Positions 1 through 9,925 of a stretch of DNA of 64,000 nt are shown here, piece by piece. The stretch's first letter is position 1, and the number at the start of each line of letters is the position of its first letter. Under the pieces are notes generated by a model, which saw only the letters and a list, made by a program, of their open reading frames with translations, did no database searches and had not been told where the DNA came from. Location: assembly GCA_016214565.1 (NCBI GenBank), contig JACROE010000002.1, positions 1,048,007 through 1,112,006 of the forward strand, written 5' to 3'. Position numbers and translations under genes: made by a program. Source of the DNA: Candidatus Kerfeldbacteria bacterium (GTDB lineage Bacteria; Patescibacteriota; Patescibacteriia; UBA10025; JAHIVO01).

Positions 1-1
1 G

Positions 2-751
2 TTTCAATACTTTCACCCAGGCGCTGTCGCCTCCTTGAACCCCTACCAGCAATTCATCTTCAGGACCACCATCAACATTTGCAGCCCCAACTACGATCCC
101 ACCTCGATAATCAGGATGAAAAGGAAATAAATTATCTTCAGGAATTCCGTATTGGTCAAAGACCCGAACATGAGCCGCGCCCCCGGCTCCAGCACCAGTG
201 ATTATTTCATCTTTGCCATCACCATCGAGATCTCCCACTGCTAAGTTTACTCCACCGCGGAACTGCGTATCATACGCAAAAAAACCTGGAGTAAAAATTG
301 GAGTGCCACTTTTGGAAAAAATTCGAACTTGTGGTGCGCCACCAGATTGCGGCGCAGTAACGATTTCCAATGACCCATCACCATTTAAATCCCCCACTGC
401 CACGTTTACGCCAGCGCGCATGTTTACATCATACGCAAAAAAATCCTCAATCGAGCTTCCATCTTGTCGCATTATTCTTATATGAGGTGCGCCACCAGCT
501 CCTGGTGCCGTAACGATTTCACTGATACCATCCTCATCAAAATCACCTACCGCTACTTGTACACCACCTGAAAATCTAAGGTCATATGCAGAAAAAGTAG
601 TTTGCCAGTCGTTTCCTTTAAAAAGAGACACGTCAGGTGTATGGGCATATCCAGCGTAAGTAGCTCGTGGCATTCCAAGCCAAAAAACGAGTGCCAAAAA
701 AATAAAAGCCCCCGCACGAATTGACAGCCATTGGACATTATTTTTTATCAT
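2..751 (-). CDS. Secreted FG-GAP/VCBS-repeat (beta-propeller) surface protein, 3' end outside the window
   Basis: Not in the ORF track. Translated by hand from ATG 751: MIKNNVQWLSIRAGAFIFLALVFWLGMPRATYA (signal peptide), then repeats VAVGDFDEDGISEIVTAPGAGGAPHIRI / VAVGDLNGDGSLEIVTAPQSGGAPQVRIF / LAVGDLDGDGKDEIITGAGAGGAAHVRVF / VGAANVDGGPEDELLVG. Frame stays open to position 2. Confidence 0.9.
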   Translation of the reverse strand, partial: MIKNNVQWLSIRAGAFIFLALVFWLGMPRATYAGYAHTPDVSLFKGNDWQTTFSAYDLRFSGGVQVAVGDFDEDGISEIVTAPGAGGAPHIRIMRQDGSSIEDFFAYDVNMRAGVNVAVGDLNGDGSLEIVTAPQSGGAPQVRIFSKSGTPIFTPGFFAYDTQFRGGVNLAVGDLDGDGKDEIITGAGAGGAAHVRVFDQYGIPEDNLFPFHPDYRGGIVVGAANVDGGPEDELLVGVQGGDSAWVKVLK

Positions 752-782
752 TTTTATTGGTATTTTTTATTTTTATGTAATT

Positions 783-811
783 ATTATATCACAAAAAAAT
801 GCCTTTGTAAA
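783..811 (-). promoter_or_regulatory. Sigma70-type promoter for the FG-GAP gene
   Basis: Minus strand TTTACA-17 nt-TATAAT with extended -10 TG. Confidence 0.7.
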
Positions 812-834
812 GACATGTCGCTACTTTTTAAAAC

Positions 835-2544
835 TTAATTTACTTCTGTTTTTGATAATTCAGTCAGTACCCGCTGATCATGTCGACGCCACTCAGACAA
901 CATCTTGTTATCTATCCTTCCATCATGCACCAATGAGGCTAAGTGCTTCCCTCCCAAAAAATGAGGCAGCACCACATAATCAGCGCCTGCTTCGTAAAGA
1001 TGTCGAGCCTCCCACGCATTATACGCGGTTACAATAACTGTCGGTAATCGTTTTGCCATTTTCCTTAATGCGTTAATTTTTTCGACAATAACGATGTTGT
1101 CCTCCAAACTAGGAATAGTTGAAATAAGTATGTACGCGTCCTCCACATGCACAAGCTCAAGTGTTTCGGTATCAGTGATATCACCATAAACCACTTTATA
1201 CTTTTGCTGTTGCAATTGCTTGACAACAATAGGATCAAATTCAACAACGACTAATTTTTGCTTATCAATGGCATGGAGCAAATGTCCACCTAGACGATGA
1301 GCACCGACAAGTATTATTGGGCCACGTAAATTTTGCTGTATCACCACTTTCTCATGTGCATTCTTTTTTTCAAATATATTCAAGTAGTTCTGAATGCGTT
1401 TGTATACAGTATGACCGTGCAGTATTAAATAGGTTGAAAGCATCATTGTAAAAACAGCCACCATAGTAACCAGTGAAACCTCACGATTAGTGACATGCCC
1501 AATCGCCAAACCCATCGCCATTAGTATTAGGCTAAATTCTGAAACTTGGGCGGTCGTTACGCTAATAAAAAAACTTGTCTTCTTGCGGTAACCAAGCATA
1601 CCCATAATGGCCAGCATGATCAATGGATTACCGACTATCACAAATATTGAAAGTACAACCGCTGGTGCAAGCGTTGACTGAATATCCTTTATAACCAAAG
1701 ATGAACCTAAAATTATAAAAAATATCAGTATGAAAAAATCACGTAGCGGTCTCAATTGAGATTCAATCTGAAACTGTTGTAATGACTTTGCCAGGGCAAG
1801 GCCAGCCAGAAAACCGCCAATCTCTACCGAAAGGCCAATAAATTCGCTGGCGACAAAGGCGCTCAACCCAAGCGCCCAGGCGATACTCATAACAAATATT
1901 AACTCTTGGGTTCTCGCCAGCTTCGAAAATAGCCACGGAAAAAAATGATTTGAAAGTCCATAGATAACTGCAAATAACGCTATACTTTTGCCGAGTGTCA
2001 GAGCTACGCTGGAAAATTGAGGCGAGCTGGTTTCAGCATTAAACCCAGCCAGAAAAATAAGTAAAATAATCGCGACAATATCCTGTACGATCAAAAATCC
2101 CACAACAATCCTGCCGTATAAACTTTGAGTGTCACGAAGCTGATTCAGTAATCGTATAACAACGATGGTACTAGAAAATGTAAGCGCAAACGCTATATAG
2201 AGTGACGGCAATATTTCGAAACCAAGTAATCTGACGATAAAAAACCCAACGCCCCCAGTTATAATAATTTGTGCTGCACCACCTAATAACGACGCCTTAC
2301 CAATCGCGCCAAAATTATCGAGGCGCATTTGTAAGCCAACCAAAAATAGTAACAAGGTAACCCCCAGCGTTGCCATGACTTCAAATAATTCACTACTTCG
2401 AGTACTAAAAACACCCGAAGCGGCGAGTACCACTCCAGTTAATAAATACGCCACCATCGTGGGTTGTCGGAAAGCGCGTGCAACTAAACCAAAAAGTGCG
2501 GCGACAACGATGATCAGGGTTAAATCAAGGAAAGCATGGGACAT
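835..2544 (-). CDS. Kef-type cation:proton antiporter (CPA2) with C-terminal TrkA-N/RCK domain
   Basis: About 13 TM segments, LTFSSTIVV and IVQDIVAI motifs, C-terminal GAHRLG and VVYGDITD. Likely start MSHAFLD at 2544 (ORF track extends to 2643). Confidence 0.88.
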   Translation of the reverse strand: MSHAFLDLTLIIVVAALFGLVARAFRQPTMVAYLLTGVVLAASGVFSTRSSELFEVMATLGVTLLLFLVGLQMRLDNFGAIGKASLLGGAAQIIITGGVGFFIVRLLGFEILPSLYIAFALTFSSTIVVIRLLNQLRDTQSLYGRIVVGFLIVQDIVAIILLIFLAGFNAETSSPQFSSVALTLGKSIALFAVIYGLSNHFFPWLFSKLARTQELIFVMSIAWALGLSAFVASEFIGLSVEIGGFLAGLALAKSLQQFQIESQLRPLRDFFILIFFIILGSSLVIKDIQSTLAPAVVLSIFVIVGNPLIMLAIMGMLGYRKKTSFFISVTTAQVSEFSLILMAMGLAIGHVTNREVSLVTMVAVFTMMLSTYLILHGHTVYKRIQNYLNIFEKKNAHEKVVIQQNLRGPIILVGAHRLGGHLLHAIDKQKLVVVEFDPIVVKQLQQQKYKVVYGDITDTETLELVHVEDAYILISTIPSLEDNIVIVEKINALRKMAKRLPTVIVTAYNAWEARHLYEAGADYVVLPHFLGGKHLASLVHDGRIDNKMLSEWRRHDQRVLTELSKTEVN

Positions 2545-2555
2545 GCCTGTTTTTG

Positions 2556-2792
2556 TTATTCTTTTTTGGTTAAGGTGAGCAGCTGAACACTGACCGCAAC
2601 GACCAATAGTGTGACAACAATGGCATATACAAATTTCATCCAAAGTGCATTCGTACTCAGTGGAAATAGTGCATCAATAAGGGCCCGGACAGCGTCGTTC
2701 CAGGCCAGTCCCGCTACGAGACCAAGCGCGGCCACAATGTAGCCAGCTGTCTTTTCTCGTATTTCTTTCTTTAGATTTCTGCTCTCTGCCAT
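2556..2792 (-). CDS. DUF5654-like small membrane protein
   Basis: AALGLVAGLAWNDAV...KFVYAIVVT signature, 2 TM; likely start MAESRNL at 2792. Confidence 0.75.
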   Translation of the reverse strand: MAESRNLKKEIREKTAGYIVAALGLVAGLAWNDAVRALIDALFPLSTNALWMKFVYAIVVTLLVVAVSVQLLTLTKKE

Positions 2793-2800
2793 GTCAAGAG

Positions 2801-3220
2801 TTATAAGCGAATAAAGAAGCTGACAAAGAGAGCCCAATAAACCACAAAGGAGGTTATCACAACCGTATTCATTCTAATATAGCGGTGATAATTGACATTG
2901 CGGTATCGCTTGATCATTAAATCTGAAAAAAATAAAAGTGTCACCCCAACGGTATAGAGCGACATGACGGAAAGAAGGGCAAATGCAATCATTTCAGAAA
3001 GGCGCCCACCAGTGGTGAACAAATTTGATGAGTAAAACGGGTCAGCCCATCGGTCGAGAATTTCTAAGATAAATTGGATCTCAAAATACAGGAGTGACCA
3101 TAAAATTATCATGATAAAAAGGTGCTGCAAAACTTCCCGAACAGTTAAAAAGTTATTCTGAATTTCAGGTTCGTTTACTGGCTTCGAAATAGGTGTGGCC
3201 GACGTTGACTTCATAGTCAT
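2801..3220 (-). CDS. Hypothetical membrane protein (about 3 TM)
   Basis: 139-aa ORF filling the gap, hydrophobic segments, own extended -10 upstream. Confidence 0.6.
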   Translation of the reverse strand: MTMKSTSATPISKPVNEPEIQNNFLTVREVLQHLFIMIILWSLLYFEIQFILEILDRWADPFYSSNLFTTGGRLSEMIAFALLSVMSLYTVGVTLLFFSDLMIKRYRNVNYHRYIRMNTVVITSFVVYWALFVSFFIRL

Positions 3221-3236
3221 TTGGTTGAATAGACTT

Positions 3237-3245
3237 AGTATAGCA
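3237..3245 (-). promoter_or_regulatory. Extended -10 promoter element
   Basis: TGCTATACT on the minus strand, 16 nt before ATG 3220. Confidence 0.5.
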
Positions 3246-3309
3246 TTGATTGGTCGTGCCGAAAACTGCTTAATTTGAACCCTGGAATCAAGACATTACC
3301 AGCATTGCA

Positions 3310-3792
3310 CTATGCGTCCTTAATAAAGTGTACGACGGTTTGAGCGATGCGATACCCGAGTGATTGGTGGACGCGCTGACTGAGCGCATTAGTTGCTTCA
3401 GTATCAGAAGCAAACGTATCGCAGTTTTTATCTTTTGCCCAGCACTCGAACATACGATTTAAATCACGTGCCACGCCACGACGACGGTACTTCGGATCCA
3501 CATACAAACCCTCAAGGTAGCCGACTGGGCTACTCTGACTTCCCTCCACATATTCAAATCGAAGTGAACCATGAATAAAACCGACTAACCGATCACGTGC
3601 CAATTGTGCAATAAATAAACAATCATTTTTTGAATGTACATATTCATCAAATTCCTTCCGCAATTCACTAACTGCAGCATGAGGCCACAACTTCTTTCCA
3701 AGCTTAACCAAAGCTGCAACATGAGACTGTTGAGCCAATGAGTAAACAAATGGCTTGATTGGTGGCCTGGTCTTATTTATTTTCCGTGGCAT
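3310..3792 (-). CDS. GNAT acetyltransferase, aminoglycoside 6'-N-acetyltransferase (AAC(6')-I)-like
   Basis: LRFEYVEGSQSSPVGYLEGLYV, RRRGVA acetyl-CoA loop and FASDTEATNALSQRVHQSLGY match the AAC(6')-Iy/Ic pattern. Confidence 0.78.
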   Translation of the reverse strand: MPRKINKTRPPIKPFVYSLAQQSHVAALVKLGKKLWPHAAVSELRKEFDEYVHSKNDCLFIAQLARDRLVGFIHGSLRFEYVEGSQSSPVGYLEGLYVDPKYRRRGVARDLNRMFECWAKDKNCDTFASDTEATNALSQRVHQSLGYRIAQTVVHFIKDA

Positions 3793-6527
3793 TGCTTAAA
3801 CTTTTTTCCACTACCACACGGGCAGGGATCATTTCTGCCTACTTTCTTTCCCTCAACCGTTTTTAAATTTCCCCCTGCGGTCGTTTGGGTATTCGTCGGA
3901 GCATCAGACCGGCTCGAAGGTGGTAATGACGTATTTTGATATGAAGGCGCAGACATGTCATCACTCGTTTTGGCAGGGGCGGATAATTGCTGCCGAGCTG
4001 ATAGCATTGGGTTTGAACCAACGGCCGAAGGAGTGCCGACTTTATATATAGTATATGCAATATTCTTCTGAATGTTGTTCATCAGCTCATTAAACAGGTT
4101 GTAAGCTTCTTTTTTATACTCAATGAGCGGGTCTTGCTGGCCATACCCACGTAAACCAATCCCCTGGCGCAAACTTGCCATTATATCCAAATGCTCTACC
4201 CACAGCGTATCGATGGCTCTCAAGTAAACCGCTTTTTCTATAATGCGCATTCGCTCACTATCACCAATCCGCTGCTCCAAATCTACATACGCACTCTGAG
4301 CGAGCGTAACCAAGTATTGAATCAGTCGCGTTCGCGCCTGAGCGTCCTGCTGCCGATCACCGGCTTTTTCTCGAATATCCTCTAGCCGTACACGTTGCGC
4401 AAGTTGAACTGGAAAGATGGTATCAACCACCTCATATATTTCATCTAAATTCCAACTAAATTCATCCTCGGCAGATGTATGAAAGGAAACAACCTGTTCT
4501 AATTCATTTTCAATTAAAGACAGTACGGACTGTTTCAAAGCTGGCACACCTTCGATCCCCTCGACTGTTTTTTCGGATAACTCCAAGATTTCTAATCTTT
4601 TCTTATATATAACCTCACGATGCTTATTAATCACATCGTCATATTCAACTAAATGCTTACGAATATCGAAATTATGACCTTCTACCTTTTTCTGAGCTGC
4701 TTCGATTGAGCGAGAAATCATCCGATTTTCAATTGGCATATCATCGGGAATACCCATGCGATCCATCAAACTCTTTACCCGATCTGATCCAAATATGCGC
4801 ATCAAATCATCATCCATCGAAACAAAAAATTGAGATGAGCCGGGATCGCCTTGACGTCCGGAGCGGCCTCGCAATTGATTATCGATGCGTCGTGACTCAT
4901 GGCGCTCGGTGCCAATAACATGTAAGCCGCCTAATTGTTTCACTCGGGCGCTATCTGCATCAGCGGCACCCTCACCACCTAAAACGATATCTACACCGCG
5001 ACCAGCCATATTTGTTGCGACGGTTACGGCGCCAATTTTACCCGCATCAGCAATAATCATAGCTTCACGTTCATGATTTTTTGCATTAAGAACATTATGC
5101 GGCACGCCTTCCCGCTCAAGTAGTTTACTAATTGCCTCATTTTTTTCCACTGATATCGTGCCGATGAGAATTGGCTGACCGAGGTCATGCCTGATTTTAA
5201 CTTCCCGTACAATAGCTTGATATTTACCGCTCAAATTTTTATAAATGCTATCCGGTCGGTCATCCCGTGCGGTTGGCTTATTAGTGGGGATACTCACGAC
5301 TTCTAACTCATATATTTTGTGAAATTCCTCTGCTTCGGTGGCAGCCGTACCAGTCATGCCGGATAGTTTATGATACATTCTGAAATAATTCTGAAATGTG
5401 ATGGTAGCCAACGTTCGACTCTCGCGCTTCACCTCGACACCCTCTTTCGCTTCAATTGCCTGATGCAAACCTTCAGAAAATCGACGACCAAACATTAACC
5501 GGCCAGTAAATTCGTCTACGATTATTATTTCGCCGTCTTTGACGACGTAATCACGGTCACGTTTAAAAAGAGCATGCGCTCTGAGCGACTGCTCGAGGTG
5601 ATGCACTGTTTCGATGCCCTCTGCTTCATATATATTTTGAATCCCAAGCGCCTTTTCCATTTTGCTGATGCCTGTTTCAGTCAATGTAGCTGCGCGCATC
5701 TTCTCATCAATATTATAGTCTTCACCTTCAGAAAGTTTATTAATCAATTGTGCAAACCGAGCATATTGATCGGTTGATTCTTCTGCTGGAGCGGAAATTA
5801 TCAGAGGCGTCCGTGCTTCATCAATCAAGATACTATCAACCTCGTCTACAATTGCATAATGCAAACCACGCTGCACCATATCCTCCACACGCGCCACCAT
5901 GTTATCCCGTAAATAATCGAATCCATATTCATTATTAGTGCCATAAGTAATATCTGCTCGATATGCCTCAGACCGAGTTACCGTGCGCAGGTGTATCAAC
6001 CGTGGGTCGGTAACCTCTGCTGCCGTAAAGCTCGGATCAAAAACGTATGCCTGTTCATGTGTAATGCACCCAACCGTGATGCCTAAAGCACTCAGGGCTG
6101 GTCCATACCAGCCTGCGTCGCGACGGGCCAAATAATCATTAACGGTAACAACATGCACGCCGCTGCCCGACAAAGCATTTACATATGCAGCAATCACGGC
6201 AGACAGCGTTTTTCCTTCACCTGTTTTTTGCTCAGCAATGTGTCCCTGGTGAAGCGCAAAGGCGGCCATTATCTGAACATCATACGCCCGTTGATTCACC
6301 GTTCGTTTAATTGATTCACGGATTATCGATGCCGCTTCGGCAAAAATGGCATCAGCCATCTCCTTATCACGTACTTGATTTCGAAATTCCTGCGAACGTG
6401 TGGCAAGTTCAGCATCACTTAATTTCTGGATGCTGGCCTCATACTCATTAACTGCTCGAACAATTGGGTCGTAGGACTTGACCACTTTTGTATTCGGATC
6501 GCCAAATATTTTGCTCAAAATAGACAT
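3777..6527 (-). CDS. secA: Preprotein translocase ATPase SecA
   Basis: TGEGKT, DEVDSILIDEARTPLIIS, ATNMAGRG, QLRGRSGRQGDPGSS and SEC-C GRNDPCPCGSGKKFKQCHG. Likely start MSILSKIFG at 6527. Confidence 0.99.
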   Translation of the reverse strand: MSILSKIFGDPNTKVVKSYDPIVRAVNEYEASIQKLSDAELATRSQEFRNQVRDKEMADAIFAEAASIIRESIKRTVNQRAYDVQIMAAFALHQGHIAEQKTGEGKTLSAVIAAYVNALSGSGVHVVTVNDYLARRDAGWYGPALSALGITVGCITHEQAYVFDPSFTAAEVTDPRLIHLRTVTRSEAYRADITYGTNNEYGFDYLRDNMVARVEDMVQRGLHYAIVDEVDSILIDEARTPLIISAPAEESTDQYARFAQLINKLSEGEDYNIDEKMRAATLTETGISKMEKALGIQNIYEAEGIETVHHLEQSLRAHALFKRDRDYVVKDGEIIIVDEFTGRLMFGRRFSEGLHQAIEAKEGVEVKRESRTLATITFQNYFRMYHKLSGMTGTAATEAEEFHKIYELEVVSIPTNKPTARDDRPDSIYKNLSGKYQAIVREVKIRHDLGQPILIGTISVEKNEAISKLLEREGVPHNVLNAKNHEREAMIIADAGKIGAVTVATNMAGRGVDIVLGGEGAADADSARVKQLGGLHVIGTERHESRRIDNQLRGRSGRQGDPGSSQFFVSMDDDLMRIFGSDRVKSLMDRMGIPDDMPIENRMISRSIEAAQKKVEGHNFDIRKHLVEYDDVINKHREVIYKKRLEILELSEKTVEGIEGVPALKQSVLSLIENELEQVVSFHTSAEDEFSWNLDEIYEVVDTIFPVQLAQRVRLEDIREKAGDRQQDAQARTRLIQYLVTLAQSAYVDLEQRIGDSERMRIIEKAVYLRAIDTLWVEHLDIMASLRQGIGLRGYGQQDPLIEYKKEAYNLFNELMNNIQKNIAYTIYKVGTPSAVGSNPMLSARQQLSAPAKTSDDMSAPSYQNTSLPPSSRSDAPTNTQTTAGGNLKTVEGKKVGRNDPCPCGSGKKFKQCHGK

Positions 6528-6555
6528 ACGCAAATAAGGTGATGGGTAGTGTTGT

Positions 6556-6584
6556 AGTATAGTCAATTACGACTTAACACACAA
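6556..6584 (-). promoter_or_regulatory. Sigma70-type promoter for secA
   Basis: TTGTGT-17 nt-TATACT on the minus strand in the murB-secA gap. Confidence 0.6.
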
Positions 6585-6586
6585 GT

Positions 6587-7492
6587 TTATTGTTCAAATC
6601 CAACATATTTAATTTCCTCCTGCAATTGTATGCCAAATCGATCCCGGACTTGCTGCTTGATGTAGCTAATAAGGATTGCCACATCCTCCGCAGTAGCCTT
6701 GCCAGTATTAACAATAAAATTAGAGTGCTCATCCGCAACCCGCGCCCCTCCAATTTGCTTTCCACGAAAACCAATTGCATCGACCAATTGCCATGACTTA
6801 TGGCCAGGCGGATTTTTGAAAATGGAACCAGCGCACGGTAAATGAATTGGTTGGTGCGAACGCTTGTCTAGAAACATCTTTACGTTTTGTTGTATCTCTG
6901 CGGCCGGCGCTTGGGACAGCGAAAAAGTCGCTGACAGTATTATTTCAGTTTCAGTGTACTTAAATCTGCTAAATCGATATGAAAAATCGCATTGTGATTT
7001 TGGGATTGTTTGCTGGTGACTTTCTGCATCCAAAATTTCCACTGATACCAAGTGCTCATCAATCCATTCTCCAGCGCGAGGGGTTCCAACGTTTCCAGCG
7101 ACACCTCCACCGATTGTGCCAGGGATGCCCATCAAATATTCCAAGCCAGTTAAGCCATGGCTGATTGTATCACGAATTAATTTTTGCAATTTAACGCCAG
7201 ACTCAGCAATTACCGTCGTACCCTGATAAATGATTTGATGATTATCCTGCTTTATGACTAAACCTGAAAAACCCTTGTCCGCAACTAGAATGTTGCTCCC
7301 ATTTCCCAAAATAAAATAGGGTATCCGTAATTCACGAGCAGTACGTATCGCGTGTACAAAGTCGGAGTTGTTCGTAGCCGAGTAAAAATACCGTGCCGGC
7401 CCACCAATTTTAAAGCTCGTATAGGGCGCCAAAATTTCGCGCTCCTTAACTCCGGGGAGAATAGTCAGTAATTGTGGGTTATTTTTTTCCAC
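6587..7492 (-). CDS. murB: UDP-N-acetylmuramate dehydrogenase
   Basis: YTSFKIGGPA, GNGSNIL, GIPGTIGG, FSYRFS, AGSIFKNP, HSNFIVN. Confidence 0.97.
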   Translation of the reverse strand: MEKNNPQLLTILPGVKEREILAPYTSFKIGGPARYFYSATNNSDFVHAIRTARELRIPYFILGNGSNILVADKGFSGLVIKQDNHQIIYQGTTVIAESGVKLQKLIRDTISHGLTGLEYLMGIPGTIGGGVAGNVGTPRAGEWIDEHLVSVEILDAESHQQTIPKSQCDFSYRFSRFKYTETEIILSATFSLSQAPAAEIQQNVKMFLDKRSHQPIHLPCAGSIFKNPPGHKSWQLVDAIGFRGKQIGGARVADEHSNFIVNTGKATAEDVAILISYIKQQVRDRFGIQLQEEIKYVGFEQ

Positions 7493-8867
7493 GCATTTTT
7501 CTATTAATAGCTGAAATTAAGCGCTCGTTAATCTCAGTAATCGTACCGGCGCCCATGGTTATGATAATATCTCCAGTTCGTATCTGTCGCGTAACCGCAC
7601 TAACAATTGCCGAAAATGACTTATAATACTGCACATCAGGGTGAATCTTCGAAATTTCTTTAACCAATGAAGGTGTGGCCAGACGCTCCGCGGTTTCTCG
7701 CCCACTCACTAAATAAATGTCGGACAAAACAAGAGTGTCTGCATCACCAAAAGCTGTTACAAAGTCTTTAAATAAAGATTTAGTGCGATGGGTGCTATGC
7801 GGCTGGAAAATGCACCATATCCGCCGTTTGGGAAAATATTGTTTAGCTGTTTGTAGTGTAGCTCGAATTTCGGTTGGATGATGCGCATAGTCATCAACCA
7901 CTACAACACCGCCTGGTTCACCTGTTATTTCAAATCGACGCCAGCATCCTCGATAGACCAATAAGCCCCGCTGTATTTGATCTATAGAAATACCAAAAGA
8001 GCGAGCCATCAGCGCCGCGCCAAGCGCATTACGAATATTATGATCACCGGGGACGCGGATCGCCAAATCAAATCGCTCAATACCACGAACACTGAAGCGA
8101 GTTATCTCTCCGTGCCGTTCAATCTGACCAACATAATAATCACCATATGCCAGTCCAAATGTTGTCACATTAGCACGCAGTCGTTTTAGTACTTTCTGAA
8201 CATTAGAATCCTCTGCATTTGCTACCACCGTCCCGCCTTTTGGAACGCTCCGTGCTAGCTTGTCAAACGCAGTGACTACATTTTTTTCTGTCCTGTAGAA
8301 ATCAAGGTGATCCGACTCAATATTATTTATGATAAGTCCGTCCGGAGTATAGTGATGAAAAGCAGCTCGATATTCATCACCTTCGACGATGAAGTGTTTT
8401 CCTAAGCCAACATGGGAATTACCAAAAGCCGGAACCTGAGTACCGACGACAACCATTGGATCGAGACCAGCTTCAAGAAAGATCGTCGCCAGCATCGCCG
8501 TGGTGGTGCTCTTTCCATGCGTACCGCTCACCACGATGGGAATATGTTTATTCATAAACCAACCCAAAAACTCAGGATAACTCAGACACGGTATTTTTAA
8601 TTTTTTCGCTCGTACCAGTTCAGGATTTTTTTCTTGAACCGCATTTGAGTAAACCACCAGCGTGGTGCCTGCCTTCAAACTTTCTGCCCGATGTACGCCA
8701 ATTACAATAGTAATCCCCTCTTTTTTTAGTTGTTTTACTAATAATGAATCAAAAACATCGGTACCGAACACCGCTGAACCAAGTTGATGCAATATGCGAG
8801 CGACGGCCGATACGCCAATACCTCCTATACCGACACAGTGAACACGTTGTAATGAATAGTTTTGCAT
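7479..8867 (-). CDS. murC: UDP-N-acetylmuramate--L-alanine ligase
   Basis: GIGGIGVSA, SGTHGKSTTT, EGDEY, DDYAHHPTEI, MGAG. Confidence 0.97.
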   Translation of the reverse strand: MQNYSLQRVHCVGIGGIGVSAVARILHQLGSAVFGTDVFDSLLVKQLKKEGITIVIGVHRAESLKAGTTLVVYSNAVQEKNPELVRAKKLKIPCLSYPEFLGWFMNKHIPIVVSGTHGKSTTTAMLATIFLEAGLDPMVVVGTQVPAFGNSHVGLGKHFIVEGDEYRAAFHHYTPDGLIINNIESDHLDFYRTEKNVVTAFDKLARSVPKGGTVVANAEDSNVQKVLKRLRANVTTFGLAYGDYYVGQIERHGEITRFSVRGIERFDLAIRVPGDHNIRNALGAALMARSFGISIDQIQRGLLVYRGCWRRFEITGEPGGVVVVDDYAHHPTEIRATLQTAKQYFPKRRIWCIFQPHSTHRTKSLFKDFVTAFGDADTLVLSDIYLVSGRETAERLATPSLVKEISKIHPDVQYYKSFSAIVSAVTRQIRTGDIIITMGAGTITEINERLISAINRKMRGKK

Positions 8868-8869
8868 AA

Positions 8870-9925
8870 TCAATTAATAAGCAGTGAGGCAATGGTACTA
8901 TCAGCGTCGGGTTTCATCATCTTCCCCATGGATGAGCTTAATTGCTCGCGACGGACTACATCAGTTGCCAATACGTTCAGTGTATTCATAAATCTTCCTG
9001 GTGACAAATCCTTTTGTAAAATAACCTCAGCGGCGTTCTTTTCAGCAAAATATAAAGCATTTTCTTCCTGATGTGAATCAGGAAGCGGTACGAGCAATGT
9101 TACTGCGGATACAGTCGAAAGTTCGCTCAAAGTAGAAAGGCCGGCTCGAGACACCACTACCTGTGCCGCCGCCATATAGTCAGCAATACCATCTGAAATA
9201 AATTCAAACTGCCGATAGTGCGCGTGATCGATGCCAGCCACACGCTTTCCGACACCAGTACAATGAATTATTTGATACTGTTCGATTAATTTAGGCAGTG
9301 ATTGTTGGACAATTGAATTAAGTCCAGTTGAGCCCGTCCCACCACCTAGGATTAAAATAATTGGAATGTTTTGATCAAAGTTCAATCCAGTGAATGCACG
9401 TTGTGGGTTCGGCTGGGTAAATATGTGACGAACAGGGTTTCCCGTCCATTCTGTTTTATGTGCGGGGAAACGCGCTAATGATTTTTCAAATGAAACGGTA
9501 ATTCGCTTGGCTACATTAAGCATCAAAATATTTGACAACGATGGGCGCACATCTTGCTGATGAATATAAATACGTGCCCCACACACCCAGCCCGCCCACA
9601 TGACCGGCACTTGGACGTATCCGCCCGAACCAATAATAACATCCGGACGCATGCGTAAAAAAATTCCGATTGACTGGAAAAACCCCAGCACAATTAAAAA
9701 TATATCAACTACATTTTTCAATGAAAAGTAACGTCTAAATTTTCCACAAAAAACTCGACGCGAGGATATGGCCTCTCCCTCAAATAGCTCAAATTCAATA
9801 GTTCCGTCGCGAGGTCCAATAAAATAAAGCTCCACATCAGGCCTGATGGCTTTCACCTTTTTTGCAACTGACAACAATGGCATAATCGACCCACCCGTGC
9901 CACCGCCAGTAAAAACGATCTTCAT
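8870..9925 (-). CDS. murG: Lipid I N-acetylglucosaminyltransferase
   Basis: TGGGTGG, GGYVQVP, TGNPVR, SRAG, HQEENA. Confidence 0.96.
   Translation of the reverse strand: MKIVFTGGGTGGSIMPLLSVAKKVKAIRPDVELYFIGPRDGTIEFELFEGEAISSRRVFCGKFRRYFSLKNVVDIFLIVLGFFQSIGIFLRMRPDVIIGSGGYVQVPVMWAGWVCGARIYIHQQDVRPSLSNILMLNVAKRITVSFEKSLARFPAHKTEWTGNPVRHIFTQPNPQRAFTGLNFDQNIPIILILGGGTGSTGLNSIVQQSLPKLIEQYQIIHCTGVGKRVAGIDHAHYRQFEFISDGIADYMAAAQVVVSRAGLSTLSELSTVSAVTLLVPLPDSHQEENALYFAEKNAAEVILQKDLSPGRFMNTLNVLATDVVRREQLSSSMGKMMKPDADSTIASLLIN

Noticed and set aside
198-738. ORF-track entries 198..485 (+) and 553..738 (-)
   Set aside because: Antisense and off-frame shadows of the FG-GAP gene.
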